A DNA stretch of 64,000 nt from Patescibacteria group bacterium (GCA_021735685.1 JAIPGN010000002.1:3183-67182); one strand, 5' to 3'. Positions 1 through 10,880 are shown, counted from the stretch's first letter. Notes: generated by a model from the sequence alone, not told the origin. Made by a program: numbers and translations.

Positions 1-968
1 CTCTGATTAATAAAAAAATTAATCAAGCCAAATTCAAAAACCAAAACAAAAACAACCAGCAAAGCGAAAAGCAACCATTTTTTAAATCTTACCCCAGCTA
101 ACAGAAAAAGCAAGCCAAAAAAGATGCCCAAGAAATAAGCACGAGAAAAATTAATTACCAAAACCAAGCTAGACAAAAAGGCCAAAAAAATAAACTTTTT
201 CTTTCGTGTCTGAGGCTTAATTAAAAAACTCAAAAAAACCAAAAAAAGAGGAAGGATTAAAAGATGAGCTGAGCTAACAATGCGAAAAAAATTATTTCCC
301 GCTAAAGTAGCTTTTCCAAAAACAGTTTGGCGCCACCACCAATAAAATTGATCATGAACAGAAACTAAATTACTAGCAAAGAGAAAAAGAACAATGATAG
401 TTAAAAAAGAAACGCCAATCACCCCCGCCTCTATAATTTGCTGGCCCTTTTTTTGAAAAAAAGTCTTCCCGATTACTTCTGATAAGGGGAAAATCAAAAA
501 AAGATAAGCATAATTAATGAAATCTCCACGCGCCAAAAAATAATTATTCTGCCAAGAACCACGGGCCAAAGAAAAAAGCACAATCAGCAAAAAGACTAAA
601 AAAGTAAAAGAAAGAGGCGTAGAGGGCAGAGAGATAATTTTTTGAAAACGAAAATTTTTAAAATCAGACTTGCTAATTTTACGGCCTAACCAAATAGCCA
701 TAACTACCAAAAAAAGAGCTAAACGCAAAGAGACCCCTCCTCCAGAAAAACAATGACCCTCATGTCCAGCTAAAAACTCAAACAATAAAAATAAAAGTCC
801 GTATTCCAAGCGATAAACAGTTAACCCAGCAACCAGACAAATCAATAGCCAAAAGACTATCCCCCCTAATCCCGGCCAGGCACGACCCAAAAGAGATAAA
901 AACTGAAAAACAAAAAAACCATAGACCAAGAAACGAGTTTTTGAAATATAATTAGTGAATTTGGACAT
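1..968 (-). CDS. O-antigen ligase/polymerase-like polytopic membrane protein (3'-truncated by the window edge)
   Basis: Missing from the ORF track because it runs off the window. ATG at 968 opens MSKFTNYISKTRFLVYGFFVF...; many hydrophobic segments and an 'INFSRAYFLG' motif like Wzy_C; lies downstream of glycosyltransferases and a flippase. Confidence 0.65.
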   Translation of the reverse strand, partial: MSKFTNYISKTRFLVYGFFVFQFLSLLGRAWPGLGGIVFWLLICLVAGLTVYRLEYGLLFLLFEFLAGHEGHCFSGGGVSLRLALFLVVMAIWLGRKISKSDFKNFRFQKIISLPSTPLSFTFLVFLLIVLFSLARGSWQNNYFLARGDFINYAYLFLIFPLSEVIGKTFFQKKGQQIIEAGVIGVSFLTIIVLFLFASNLVSVHDQFYWWWRQTVFGKATLAGNNFFRIVSSAHLLILPLFLVFLSFLIKPQTRKKKFIFLAFLSSLVLVINFSRAYFLGIFFGLLFLLAGVRFKKWLLFALLVVFVLVFEFGLINFFINQ

Positions 969-1869
969 TATTTTTATTTAATATTCTTTTCCAAAGGGCC
1001 ACTAAACTTTGACCAGCAGATAAAAACAAACTTAAAGGAGAAAAAAAAGTCAAAACCGGAGCTACTCTAGAATGATGTTTGCGAAAATAATAAAGAGCGC
1101 TTTGATTGTAGATTCTTTGTTTTTTCCAAGAAAGCACCTGAGCAAAACTCTGAGAACCATAATGAACGACAGTGCAATCGGGCGTATAAATAACTTTCCA
1201 GCCCGCTTTTTTAACTCTCTGACAGAAATCAACTTCCTCAAACCAAATATAAAAATTCTCATCCAAAAAACCCACTTGAGACAAAACTTGACGGCGAGTT
1301 AATAAAAACGCTCCCATCACTTGATCCACTTCGCTCTCTTGCCCATAATCAAAATCCGGCAAGAAATATCGACGCAAAGGTTTAAATCGCAAAGAAAAAA
1401 GATGATGCAATTTAAGAAAAACCATAATCTGAGAAAGAAGACGAGGAAAAGAACGAACCGAAGCTTGCGTTTTATGATCAGAGCCCCATAAATGACAACC
1501 CAAAACTCCCCAATTCTGATGTTTAGACATCAGGTTTACTGCCTTTTCTAAACTTCCCTTCTCGATTATTTCTACATCTGGATTAAGAAAAAGAACATAC
1601 TCCCCTTGCGCTTGTTTAAGGGCTTGATTGTTGGCCCGAGCAAAACCCAAATTCTGATTATTAAGAATAACCTGACAATTGACCGGAGCTTTCAAATTAG
1701 CTAAAAACTTTTTGCTCTCATCTCGAGTAGAATTGTTGTCTACAATAATAATTTCATAATTAAAACTAGACGCTGTATTTTGAAAAACAGAAGATAAACA
1801 TTTTTCTAAAAAATGCTTCACATTCCAATTAACAATAATAATTGATAGAATCTTTTTATTTTTTTTCAT
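952..1869 (-). CDS. Glycosyltransferase family 2 (rhamnosyltransferase-like)
   Basis: SIIIVNWN, IIIVDNNS, NLGFARANN, FLNPD and EEVDFC motifs. Confidence 0.9.
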   Translation of the reverse strand: MKKNKKILSIIIVNWNVKHFLEKCLSSVFQNTASSFNYEIIIVDNNSTRDESKKFLANLKAPVNCQVILNNQNLGFARANNQALKQAQGEYVLFLNPDVEIIEKGSLEKAVNLMSKHQNWGVLGCHLWGSDHKTQASVRSFPRLLSQIMVFLKLHHLFSLRFKPLRRYFLPDFDYGQESEVDQVMGAFLLTRRQVLSQVGFLDENFYIWFEEVDFCQRVKKAGWKVIYTPDCTVVHYGSQSFAQVLSWKKQRIYNQSALYYFRKHHSRVAPVLTFFSPLSLFLSAGQSLVALWKRILNKNNVQIH

Positions 1870-1874
1870 ATTTT

Positions 1875-3092
1875 TTATTTTATTTTTTTCTCTATTATTT
1901 GCATCATTTTATTTCCCTGAGCTAGCCAAGACTTTTCTTTAACCCGATCTCGACGAGCAAGGACTAAAGCAGGGTCATTTTCTTTTAAAGCTAAAAGCAT
2001 TTTTTCTTGAAACTCTTGAGGTTTACTTGCTAAATAAATAAGATCTTGAAATTCACTAGTTTCTGGAGTCGGCGTGGTCAAAACCGGCTTTCCGCAAGCC
2101 AAATACTCTAAAAGCTTCAAAGAATAAGTAGAGCGAACAAAACGATTCAATTTGTGAGGAATAAAAGCTAGATCAAAAGAATTGATATAGGCTGGAGCCT
2201 GCTGGTGAGGAACTCGCCCCCAAAGATAAACATTAGAAAAATTCTTTAACTCTTGCTTAATTTTTTTACCCCAAACTGGCCCCACTAAAACAAAAGACTT
2301 CTTTGGATTTTTTTTGACCCAAGATTTAAAAAGACGTAAATTAAATCTGTTTTCAATAGTGCCTAAATAACCAATAATCGGGCGAGGTAAACCGGGAAAT
2401 AAGTTTTTCTTACTTTTCTTCTCTGGCGAAAATAAATCAGTATCCACACCATTAGCAATCCAATGCAAATCTTCTCGTCGTCCTCGACCTTGAAAAAAAT
2501 CTACCAAATTAGGAGAAACTGTAAAAATTAAATCACTACGTCGGGACAAAAATTGATAATTTTGACTTATCTTTTCTCTTTGTCTCCGCCAAGAAGAATG
2601 TTCTAGCCAATTATCAATGGCATCAAAAACCGTTAAGTCGCTTTCTAATCCATTAAAATAATCTAAAAAAAGAGGAAAACAAGAATAAATTATTCTTGGA
2701 TTCTCTGGTTTTTCTCCAAAAACCTTGTTTATTTTTTTAATTACCCGTGTTCTTGACTCAAATCTTTTTTCTTTAGTGAATGATTTTCGCCCAGAAAAAA
2801 TAGAATCAATAGTGGAAAAAACATAAAACTCTCGGCCCTTTTCTTTATGAAGTACGCACTTAGTGGTTAAATCTCGATAAATCACCTCCCCTTTTTTGGT
2901 TGGTCGCAAAATATTTTCAATATAATTACGCAAAGCTCTTTTAAGGGTTAAGGGCAAAAAATCAACCAAAATTATTTTCTTAATCTGTTCTTGTTCTAAA
3001 AAATAACGAAAAAGAGAACGATTGCGGTTAGCAATCCCTTGCTCCCACTCTCGATAAGCAGACATATTGAACATAACCAACTCATAATTCAT
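1875..3092 (-). CDS. GT-B glycosyltransferase (GT4/TuaH-like)
   Basis: IANGVD, IIGYLG and LKLLEYLACGKPV motifs. Confidence 0.85.
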   Translation of the reverse strand: MNYELVMFNMSAYREWEQGIANRNRSLFRYFLEQEQIKKIILVDFLPLTLKRALRNYIENILRPTKKGEVIYRDLTTKCVLHKEKGREFYVFSTIDSIFSGRKSFTKEKRFESRTRVIKKINKVFGEKPENPRIIYSCFPLFLDYFNGLESDLTVFDAIDNWLEHSSWRRQREKISQNYQFLSRRSDLIFTVSPNLVDFFQGRGRREDLHWIANGVDTDLFSPEKKSKKNLFPGLPRPIIGYLGTIENRFNLRLFKSWVKKNPKKSFVLVGPVWGKKIKQELKNFSNVYLWGRVPHQQAPAYINSFDLAFIPHKLNRFVRSTYSLKLLEYLACGKPVLTTPTPETSEFQDLIYLASKPQEFQEKMLLALKENDPALVLARRDRVKEKSWLAQGNKMMQIIEKKIK

Positions 3093-4533
3093 TTTTTCTT
3101 TTTTTAACTTTTATCATTTTAAACAAAAAAACAATTTCTTGTTGCGAAATTAAACCAGTTAAATAAGAGACTCCCAGGTAAATCAAACCCCCAACTGGAA
3201 CCACTAAAAATACTGGAGCTAAATCTTTAATTAAAATCAAGACCCCCACCATTAACAAGGTCGCCAAGAAAATTAAACCGATTTTTCGAAATAAGTATCG
3301 ATAGTCAAGGGCAACAATTTTTCTAGTTTTAGCAATCTCCAGAGAAAGCAAAAACAAAAAACTAATCAAAACCGCTAAACTGGAACCTAAATGAAAAAAT
3401 AAAGGAACTAGCAAAAAGTTAAGAACCAAAAATAAAGTAGCCCCTAAGCCATGAATTAAAGTATTACTCTTTTGTTTTTCGCAAGCATTTAAAAAACCAC
3501 TAAGCACATAATCTAAAAACATCAAAGGCAGTGAGCAAGCCAAAATAATCAAAGCAGGGGCAGCTGCCAAATAATCAGCTCCATAAATAAATAAAATGAT
3601 TGGACGAGCTAAAACAATTAAGCCTCCAGTTAAAGGCACAGCTAATAACATTAAATAAATCAGGCTCTGATTAAAAAGCTTTTCTAGTCTAGAACGAGAG
3701 CGAACAAAATAATAACTGAAAGAGGGATAAAGAGCAGTGCTTAAAGATCCAGCCACCAAAAGAAGAAAAGCTAAAATTAATTTTTGAGCTGCACTGTACC
3801 AGCCCACAAACTTATCAGCAGAAAACCAAGAAAGAATAATCGTGTCACTAGTGGCAAAAATTTTGGCAAAAATTGCGGTAACAAAAAAAGGCCAAGCTAA
3901 AATCAATAAAGATTTTAAAACTGGCCAATCTAAACGAGGCCAAGGCCAAAAATGAAGTTTTTTTCGGAAAAAAAATAGAGCATTTAAAAAATAAAAAAAA
4001 CTACCCGCAATTAAAGGTAAAACCACCCAGAGCAAAGAAGCTTGACGATAAATTAAAAAAAGTCCCACTCCTAACATTACTGTTTTGTGAATAACAATTC
4101 CCAGGCTTTCAAATTTTAAATTTAAATGACCACGAAAAACATGATAAATGCAAAGGGCTAAGGCATCAAAGAAAACCACCAAAAGATTCAAATAAACTAA
4201 TTGTTTAGTAAGATGAGAGTAACCCAAAAGATTAATAGCGAGAAAAGTTCCCAGAAAAACCAAAAGGGTTCCAATAATATTAAAACTGAGAACGTTCCCG
4301 AAATAAGATCTTGTTTTTTCTGGTCGCCGAGCAACCTCTCTAGTTAAAACGGCAAAAAGCCCAAAATCAATTAAAACAGCAAAAAGAGTGGTGAAAGAAA
4401 TAGCAAAAGTATACTTACCAAAACTATCAGCCCCTAAATAACGAGCTAAGAAAATAAAATAAAAAAGCGCCACTACTTTTTGGTAAGTATAGGCGACTAA
4501 AAGATAAAAAGTATTTTGGGCGGTAGAAATCAT
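3082..4533 (-). CDS. wzx: Polysaccharide flippase (Wzx/MOP family)
   Basis: LARYLGADSFGKY and DFGL...LTREVAR motifs; many TM helices. Confidence 0.85.
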   Translation of the reverse strand: MISTAQNTFYLLVAYTYQKVVALFYFIFLARYLGADSFGKYTFAISFTTLFAVLIDFGLFAVLTREVARRPEKTRSYFGNVLSFNIIGTLLVFLGTFLAINLLGYSHLTKQLVYLNLLVVFFDALALCIYHVFRGHLNLKFESLGIVIHKTVMLGVGLFLIYRQASLLWVVLPLIAGSFFYFLNALFFFRKKLHFWPWPRLDWPVLKSLLILAWPFFVTAIFAKIFATSDTIILSWFSADKFVGWYSAAQKLILAFLLLVAGSLSTALYPSFSYYFVRSRSRLEKLFNQSLIYLMLLAVPLTGGLIVLARPIILFIYGADYLAAAPALIILACSLPLMFLDYVLSGFLNACEKQKSNTLIHGLGATLFLVLNFLLVPLFFHLGSSLAVLISFLFLLSLEIAKTRKIVALDYRYLFRKIGLIFLATLLMVGVLILIKDLAPVFLVVPVGGLIYLGVSYLTGLISQQEIVFLFKMIKVKKRKNEL

Positions 4534-4580
4534 ACTAAATTTGTCGAAATTTGCAAGTCGAGAAAGAAATCTAGTTGCCT

Positions 4581-4612
4581 TCCTACTGTAAGAAAATCTA
4601 CTTACAGTAGGA
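4581..4612. terminator. Strong hairpin downstream of rpsI (probable terminator)
   Basis: TCCTACTGTAAG-8nt-CTTACAGTAGGA, a 12-bp perfect inverted repeat just after the rpsI stop; U-tail is weak. Confidence 0.55.
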
Positions 4613-4623
4613 CGGAAAAATCT

Positions 4624-5226
4624 TTAACGCTTAGACCACTGCGGAGCGCGACGAGCTCTTTTTAGACCTGGCTTCTTTCTCTCTTTCTTGCGAGGATCTC
4701 GACGCAAAAAACCAGCAGCTTTCAATTCTTTTCTCCACTCTGGATTAAAAGCAACCAAAGCACGAGCAATGCCCAACCTAATAGCCTCAGCCTGTCCTTT
4801 GGTTCCTCCACCCCGAACATCAATCATCCAAGAAAAAAATTTCTCGCGTTCCACTAAAACTAAAGGTTCTTTAACTATTTTTCTTAAATCTTTAGCCAAA
4901 TGACAATCAACTAAAGGTAATTTATTGATTAAAATATCTCCCTTCCCTTCTGGAGAAAATTTCACTCGAGCAATAGCTGTTTTTCTTTTTCCTGTAGCCC
5001 AAATATCATTAACTGATTTTTTGGCCGCAGCTGAAGAAGCTTTTTTCTTTTTTACAGAAGAAGGTTTGGAAGTTGATTTTTTCTTTTTTACAGAAGAAGG
5101 TTTGGAAGTTGATTTTTTCTTGGTCGCAGTTGCAGAAGCTTTCTTGGCTTTTGAAGCCGAAGAACTTTTTTTAGAGGAGGCAGCGGCCGTCTTCTTGGTT
5201 TTAGTTGCTTTCTTGGTAGTAGGCAT
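4624..5226 (-). CDS. rpsI: 30S ribosomal protein S9 with a long Lys/Ser/Ala-rich N-terminal extension
   Basis: ATGKRKTAIARV, GGGTKGQAEAIRLGIARAL and RKKPGLKRARRAPQWSKR motifs. Confidence 0.97.
   Translation of the reverse strand: MPTTKKATKTKKTAAASSKKSSSASKAKKASATATKKKSTSKPSSVKKKKSTSKPSSVKKKKASSAAAKKSVNDIWATGKRKTAIARVKFSPEGKGDILINKLPLVDCHLAKDLRKIVKEPLVLVEREKFFSWMIDVRGGGTKGQAEAIRLGIARALVAFNPEWRKELKAAGFLRRDPRKKERKKPGLKRARRAPQWSKR
5041..5121. repeat. 36-bp tandem repeat (2.25 copies) inside rpsI encoding KKKSTSKPSSVK
   Basis: 5041-5076 is identical to 5077-5112. Confidence 0.9.
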
Positions 5227-5313
5227 AAAAATAAAAATTAGATTTTGTTTTTTTAATTAACTAATAACTTGCCATAAGTTTAACAAAATAAAATAAACAA
5301 GCAAGAGCTTTGA

Positions 5314-6168
5314 TTAAAAACGAAAAACTTCTACTTCTTTGTTTTGAGATTTAATTTGGACCACTTTAATTAAAATTAAAAAATAAAAAATGATTCTAGA
5401 AAAAATTCCAGAGAAAACACCAAGAACTGAACCAATAAACCTTAAGACCAAAAACAAAGCCAAAGTTAAACCTAAAGAAATTTCTTGAGAGTAAGGGCCA
5501 ATAAAATTAGCTAAAATTTTATTAACTTCTGTCGCCATTTTCTCTCCCAAGCCTAAATCTTCCAACAAAGAATTTTCAACTGAAGCAGATTCATTAATAG
5601 TAATTTTTTCCAAAGAAATAATCAAAGGACGAAAAGTCTCAGAAGAAACCTTTACGGTTTCCTGATCAATAATCACTAAAGGATTAAAATAATAGACAGT
5701 GGCCAATAGCAAAGAAAAGGCCAAAATAGAAAAAATTAAAGCTGGGCGAAAACTTTTACGCAAAGAAATTTTAACTCTTTGTTTTCTTTCTCGATGAACG
5801 CACTCATAACCTATTGCCAACAAAGCAAAAATCAATAGGCCTATTAAAAAATAAACTTTTTGCCAAGAAAAAAAGAAAAAAGGGACAATTGCCAATAAGC
5901 CTATTACCGAATAAACCAAAGAGCGATTTTTATTTAAAAAGAAAAAAAGAGAAATGAGACTAAGTAAACAAAAATAACTCAGTCCCCATCTCCATAAATA
6001 AGATAAAGTTGGAGAAGAAAAAAGCAAAGACAAGGCCCAAGAAAATAAAATCATTATTCCTGTGACCAAGAATGGCAAAACTAAATATTTACCAAAGCCA
6101 AAAACTGCCTTTTTCTCCCCCTTCTCTATTATTGTTTTTTCTTTATTTCTTTTGTTCATCTTCCTCAA
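5314..6168 (-). CDS. Hypothetical polytopic membrane protein
   Basis: Hydrophobic ORF overlapping the dnaK end; true start may be slightly downstream. Confidence 0.7.
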   Translation of the reverse strand: MRKMNKRNKEKTIIEKGEKKAVFGFGKYLVLPFLVTGIMILFSWALSLLFSSPTLSYLWRWGLSYFCLLSLISLFFFLNKNRSLVYSVIGLLAIVPFFFFSWQKVYFLIGLLIFALLAIGYECVHRERKQRVKISLRKSFRPALIFSILAFSLLLATVYYFNPLVIIDQETVKVSSETFRPLIISLEKITINESASVENSLLEDLGLGEKMATEVNKILANFIGPYSQEISLGLTLALFLVLRFIGSVLGVFSGIFSRIIFYFLILIKVVQIKSQNKEVEVFRF

Positions 6169-8041
6169 TTTCCCCTTCTAGAGGCTCATCTTTCTTGTTA
6201 GAGGATTCAGAATTCTTTTCAGAGTCATTCTTTTCTGATGACGCCGGTCCACTTGCCTGTCCCTGAGCTTGACTTTTATTAGCATCTTGCTGATACATAG
6301 CTGCTCCAATTTTCTGAACAGCAGTGCTTAATTCTTCACTAGCTTTTTTAATCTCTTCTAAACTTTGACCGTCTTTTGCTTTCTTCAGACCTTCAATCTT
6401 TTTCTCAATATCTTCTTTTTCTTCTTTTTTAATCTTATCTCCTGCCTCTTTCAAACTTTTCTCAGAAACGAAAATCAAGTTGTCGGCCTTATTACGCGCT
6501 TCAATCATTTCTTTCTGTTTACGATCTTCAGTAGCAAATTTCTCTGCTTCTTTTTTCATTTTTTCAATTTCTTCATCCGAAAGAGCTGAAGAATCTTTGA
6601 TCGTGATATGCTGCTCTTTATTACTAGCTTTATCAAGGGCGCTAACCGTTAAAATACCATTCGCGTCAAGATCAAATTTAACTTCCACCTGAGGAACTCC
6701 TCGCGGAGCGGGAGGAAGACCATCTAAAATAAATCTTCCTAAAGTGCGGTTATCTTTAGCCATTGGTCTTTCTCCTTGCAGAACGTGAATCTCGACAGAA
6801 GGTTGATTGTCAGCTGCTGTAGAAAAAACTTGAGATTTCTCAGCCGGAATGGTCGTATTTCTTTCGATCAAAGGAGTCATCACTCCTCCTAAAGTTTCGA
6901 TTCCCAAAGTTAAAGGAGTAACATCTAAAAGAAGAACATCTTTCACTTCTTCTTCTCCTCCCAAAATAGCGGCCTGAATGGCAGCTCCCATGGCCACACA
7001 TTCCATTGGATCAATACCTCGCGCGATTTTATCACCAAAAATATTTTCAATAAATTTTTGAACAATAGGCATTCTAGTTGGACCACCAACTAAAATAACT
7101 TTTTCTACGCTAGAAGGATTTAATTTAGCATCTTTCATTGCTTGATCAATGGACTGGCGACAACGATCCACAATCGGCTTAACCAATTCTTCTAATTTGG
7201 TTCGCGTAATTTTAGTCAACATATGCTTTGGGCCTTCTTTGTCGGCGGTGACAAAGGGTAAATTGATTTCTGTTTCTAAAGTAGAAGAAAGTTCAATTTT
7301 TGCTTTTTCTACCGCCTCTCTGATTCTTTGCATCGCCATTTTATCTGAACTCAAATCAATTCCTTCTTCTTTCTTGAATTTTTCTATTACGTAATCAATT
7401 AAAACTTCGTCCATGTCCGATCCACCTAACTCTGTATCTCCTGAAGTAGAAATAACCTCAAAAACACCTTCTCCAAAATTCATAACAGTCACATCCAAAG
7501 TTCCGGCGCCCATATCAAAAACCAAAACTTGCTGATCAGTTCCCTTAACCTTATCCAGCCCATAAGCAAAAGAAGCAGCCGTGGGCTCATTAACCAAGCG
7601 AACCACCTCTAATCCTGCAATAGAACCGGCATCTTTGGTGGCCTGTCGTTGAGCATCACTGAAATAAGCCGGCACGGTAATCACCGCTTTTTCTACTTTA
7701 TCTCCAAAATACATTTCCGCATCTTTCTTGATTTTTTGCAGGATAAAAGCAGAGATCTGCTGAGGAGCATACTCTTTATCTTTAATCTTATATTTATAAT
7801 CGGTACCCATTTTTCTCTTAGCGCCATTAATGGTCGCTTCTGGATTAGCAACTGCTTGACGACGAGCTGGCTCTCCAACTAATAATTGTCCATCTTTACT
7901 GAAAGCCACACAAGAAGGAAAAGCTTTACCCCCTACTACAGTTGTTCCTTCCGCAGAAGGAATCATTTTTGGTTTGCCGGCTTCCATATAAGCTGCGGCA
8001 GAATTTGATGTTCCTAAATCAATGCCAATAATTTTACTCAT
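6143..8041 (-). CDS. dnaK: Chaperone DnaK
   Basis: [17 protein letters not shown] and [14 protein letters not shown] motifs. Confidence 0.99.
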   Translation of the reverse strand: MSKIIGIDLGTSNSAAAYMEAGKPKMIPSAEGTTVVGGKAFPSCVAFSKDGQLLVGEPARRQAVANPEATINGAKRKMGTDYKYKIKDKEYAPQQISAFILQKIKKDAEMYFGDKVEKAVITVPAYFSDAQRQATKDAGSIAGLEVVRLVNEPTAASFAYGLDKVKGTDQQVLVFDMGAGTLDVTVMNFGEGVFEVISTSGDTELGGSDMDEVLIDYVIEKFKKEEGIDLSSDKMAMQRIREAVEKAKIELSSTLETEINLPFVTADKEGPKHMLTKITRTKLEELVKPIVDRCRQSIDQAMKDAKLNPSSVEKVILVGGPTRMPIVQKFIENIFGDKIARGIDPMECVAMGAAIQAAILGGEEEVKDVLLLDVTPLTLGIETLGGVMTPLIERNTTIPAEKSQVFSTAADNQPSVEIHVLQGERPMAKDNRTLGRFILDGLPPAPRGVPQVEVKFDLDANGILTVSALDKASNKEQHITIKDSSALSDEEIEKMKKEAEKFATEDRKQKEMIEARNKADNLIFVSEKSLKEAGDKIKKEEKEDIEKKIEGLKKAKDGQSLEEIKKASEELSTAVQKIGAAMYQQDANKSQAQGQASGPASSEKNDSEKNSESSNKKDEPLEGEIEEDEQKK

Positions 8042-8092
8042 AATTTATACCTCATTTCTGATTACATTATCAAAATAATGCAATTCTTTAAG

Positions 8093-8581
8093 TTATTTAA
8101 TAATCACTTTAGCTGCGCGAATAACATGATTCCCAATCTGATAACCAGCTTGCACTTCACTAACAATAATATTTTGCGGATCTTCAGAGGGAATTCGATC
8201 TACAGCTTCATGATAATCAGGGTCAAAAGAAGAACCAATGGTCTTAATTTTTTCTACTCCCTGATTTTTCAAAAAATTTTCAAATTGACCTTTAATCTGA
8301 ATAACTCCCTGAACCCATTTTTCTTCCTTAAGATTCTCAGGGACAGAATCTAAACAATGACGAAAGCTATCCAAAAAATTTAAGAGATCTAAAATTAATT
8401 TAGAATTAGAAAATTTTATCCAAGATTCTCTTTCTTTAGCAATTTCCTTTTCTCGATTTAAATAATCAGCTTTAGCTCTTTGCCAACCTTTTAAATGTTT
8501 TTCAGCTCTTTCTCTCTCTTCTTGAAGTTGTTCTTTTAATTTTTTAATCTCCTTTTCCAAGTTTTTTTCTTTTCCTGACAT
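8093..8581 (-). CDS. grpE: Nucleotide exchange factor GrpE
   Basis: RAKADYLN, FDPDYHEAV and GYQIGNHVIRAAKV motifs; directly upstream of dnaK. Confidence 0.95.
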   Translation of the reverse strand: MSGKEKNLEKEIKKLKEQLQEERERAEKHLKGWQRAKADYLNREKEIAKERESWIKFSNSKLILDLLNFLDSFRHCLDSVPENLKEEKWVQGVIQIKGQFENFLKNQGVEKIKTIGSSFDPDYHEAVDRIPSEDPQNIIVSEVQAGYQIGNHVIRAAKVIIK

Positions 8582-8590
8582 AATTTTATT

Positions 8591-9316
8591 TTAATCTTCA
8601 AGAAACAATTCTTGGTTAATAATTTCTTTCACTTCTTCAAGTAAAGATAGATTGCGATGATAATTCATCCGAATTGGGCCCAAAATACCAATCAAACCAC
8701 AATTTTTTTCTTTACCCAGCAAATCGCAACGAGTGAAAATAGCACTACAAGAACCCCCTAAAAAAGTCTTTCGACCCATCAAAATTTGAGTTTCTTTTCC
8801 TAGACTCTCTAAAATCTCAGGGATTAAAACATCCAATTGATCAACTGCTCGGGAAAATTCATGCAAAATCAAAGCGTTCTGAAATTCAGGTTGCTGAAAA
8901 AGGTGGCTAAAGCCAGTGTAATAAAAATCATTATTCTCGAACTTAACCAAGCCCAGATCTCCGCTCAAAAAAGCCACTTTTTTAATCAATTCCTTAACTA
9001 AACTTAATTGATCTAAATTTTGGCTTTTAATTTTTTGCAATCTCTTTTTTTCACTCACAGCTTTTTCTTTTTCCTCGGCTGGCAAAAGTTGAAAAACATA
9101 ATAACGAAAACCTTTAAGAGTTGGCGTTCGCCCAGCAGAAATATGCTCTTGCCTTAAATAACCTTTTTTTGCTAATTCCGCCATTTCTGATCTGATAGTA
9201 GCTGAGCTAATCTTAGGTTCTAATTTTTTAGACAAACAATCAGAGCTTACGGCTTGCGCCGTTTTCACATATTCCTCCAGGATAATTTTAAATATTTTCT
9301 CTTGCCTTTTGGTCAT
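8591..9316 (-). CDS. hrcA: Heat-inducible transcription repressor HrcA (short form)
   Basis: SSATIRSEMAEL, HISAGRTPT and GILGPIRMNY motifs; ATG at 9316 preferred over TTG at 9346. Confidence 0.93.
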   Translation of the reverse strand: MTKRQEKIFKIILEEYVKTAQAVSSDCLSKKLEPKISSATIRSEMAELAKKGYLRQEHISAGRTPTLKGFRYYVFQLLPAEEKEKAVSEKKRLQKIKSQNLDQLSLVKELIKKVAFLSGDLGLVKFENNDFYYTGFSHLFQQPEFQNALILHEFSRAVDQLDVLIPEILESLGKETQILMGRKTFLGGSCSAIFTRCDLLGKEKNCGLIGILGPIRMNYHRNLSLLEEVKEIINQELFLED

Positions 9317-9329
9317 GGGGACAGTCCCC
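9317..9329. repeat. REP-like palindrome GGGGACAGTCCCC
   Basis: Palindrome abutting the hrcA ATG; same architecture as the GGGGTCTGACCCC copies. Confidence 0.5.
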
Positions 9330-9432
9330 TTTTTTCTTCCTTTCAAAATCCGCTCTCCAAGCGGGTTTTCAACTCATTTTTTCAATTTGGCAGAAAAAAG
9401 GGTTATTTTTAATTTCTTTATTAAGTCCTATT

Positions 9433-9474
9433 ATTATAAACGACTAATTAGCAGTCGTCAACCCCAAGTGCTAA
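9433..9474 (-). promoter_or_regulatory. CIRCE operator overlapping a sigma70 promoter of hrcA-grpE-dnaK
   Basis: TTAGCAGTC-N9-AAGTGCTAA at 9448-9474 (consensus TTAGCACTC-N9-GAGTGCTAA). Minus-strand -35 TTGACG (9461-9456), 17 nt, -10 TATAAT (9438-9433). Confidence 0.92.
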
Positions 9475-10544
9475 ATATGTTTTAAAATAATTTTAGCAAT
9501 TTGTTGAGCGGCCTCAGGTTGAGACATTTTAGAAATATTAAGACTAAGTAAAGCTCTTTTTTCTGCTGAAAAAATTAGCTCTCTGATTCTTTGTAAAAGC
9601 AATTGCGAGTCTAAGGGTCTTTTTTCTAAAACAGAAATAGCTTTTTTTTGAGCGAAATAAGTGGCATTAACTTCTTGATGAGAATCAGCAATAGGAATAA
9701 TCAAAGCTGGTTTTTGAAAAAAAATCAATTCAGTCAAAGTGCCGAGACCAGCTCGGGCGATCACTAAAGTTGCCTTTTGATAAAAATAAGCTAAATCTTC
9801 CTGATTCAAAAAATCAAAACTTTGATAATGAGAATGAGAAAATTCTTTCCATAAAGTTTTCTTTGGACCAGTTAAATGGACAACCTGAGAAAAATTAACC
9901 AAAGAAGGAAGAATCTCTGTTAAAATTTGATTAATCTCTAAGGCTCCGGTACCACCGCCCATAACCAATAAGGTCGGCCAACCAGACTTAAGGTTAAATT
10001 TCTTATTTTCTTTATCCTCAGCTTTGCTTAAAATTTGTGGAGAGACAGGATTACCAGTAAAAATTGTTTTACTAGCCGGAAACTTATTCAAAGATTCTGG
10101 AAAACTAACTGTAATTTTTTTACTAAAAATAGACATTATTTTATTAGCTAAGCCTGGTCGTAAATCTTGTTGATGAATAAAAATTGGCGCTCGCCAAAAC
10201 CAAGCCGCCAAAGCTAAAGGCACGGAAACAAAAGCGCCAGCCGACAAAATCGCTTGAGGTTTAAATTTTCGTAACAAAAAAAGAGATTGAACAAAACCTA
10301 GAAAAATAGAAAAAAAATCAGTAATATTACGAAAAGAAAAGTAGCGCCTTAACTTGCCAGAATAAATAGATTGATATTTAATATAAGGAAAGGGTTTAAC
10401 CATCTTTCTTTCCGGACTTCCTTTTCTGGTGCCGACAAATAAAAATTTTGTTTCTGGTTCTATTTTCTTAATTTCTTCAGCCACAGCCAAAAGAGGGCTC
10501 ACTGAGCCACCGGTTCCTCCTCCACTTAAAATTATCTTTAACAT
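9471..10544 (-). CDS. murG: Undecaprenyl-PP-MurNAc-pentapeptide GlcNAc transferase MurG
   Basis: GGGTGGSVSP, HQQD..PGLAN, TGNP and HQEVNA motifs. Confidence 0.95.
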   Translation of the reverse strand: MLKIILSGGGTGGSVSPLLAVAEEIKKIEPETKFLFVGTRKGSPERKMVKPFPYIKYQSIYSGKLRRYFSFRNITDFFSIFLGFVQSLFLLRKFKPQAILSAGAFVSVPLALAAWFWRAPIFIHQQDLRPGLANKIMSIFSKKITVSFPESLNKFPASKTIFTGNPVSPQILSKAEDKENKKFNLKSGWPTLLVMGGGTGALEINQILTEILPSLVNFSQVVHLTGPKKTLWKEFSHSHYQSFDFLNQEDLAYFYQKATLVIARAGLGTLTELIFFQKPALIIPIADSHQEVNATYFAQKKAISVLEKRPLDSQLLLQRIRELIFSAEKRALLSLNISKMSQPEAAQQIAKIILKHI

Positions 10545-10604
10545 ATTTCTATTTTAAACAATTTTGGCAAAAAAAGAAACGCCTTAGATTTTTTTTCCAA
10601 GACG

Positions 10605-10880
10605 TTAAAATTTAAGAATTAATTGAAAGTTTTCACCCTCAATCACAGGAACAGAAATAGAGTCAGAATCAGAATCAGAATTATTAACAAAAATAGCGTA
10701 AGCGCGAGCCCAAATTCTTTCCAACCAATATCGGGAATTATTCGGGATCTGAGCCCAAGCAACTAATTCTGGTTTCCCCTTTTTGTTAGGGGAAAAGACG
10801 AAATGTAAATGATGATCAAAAAGAATTTCAAGGCGAATTACTCGTCCTTCTTTCCGTTCTACACTTTCTACCTTTATCAT
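10605..10880 (-). CDS. Small hypothetical protein
   Basis: 91-aa ORF preceded by a canonical AAGGAGGT Shine-Dalgarno; contains an SDSDSDS microsatellite. Confidence 0.6.
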   Translation of the reverse strand: MIKVESVERKEGRVIRLEILFDHHLHFVFSPNKKGKPELVAWAQIPNNSRYWLERIWARAYAIFVNNSDSDSDSISVPVIEGENFQLILKF

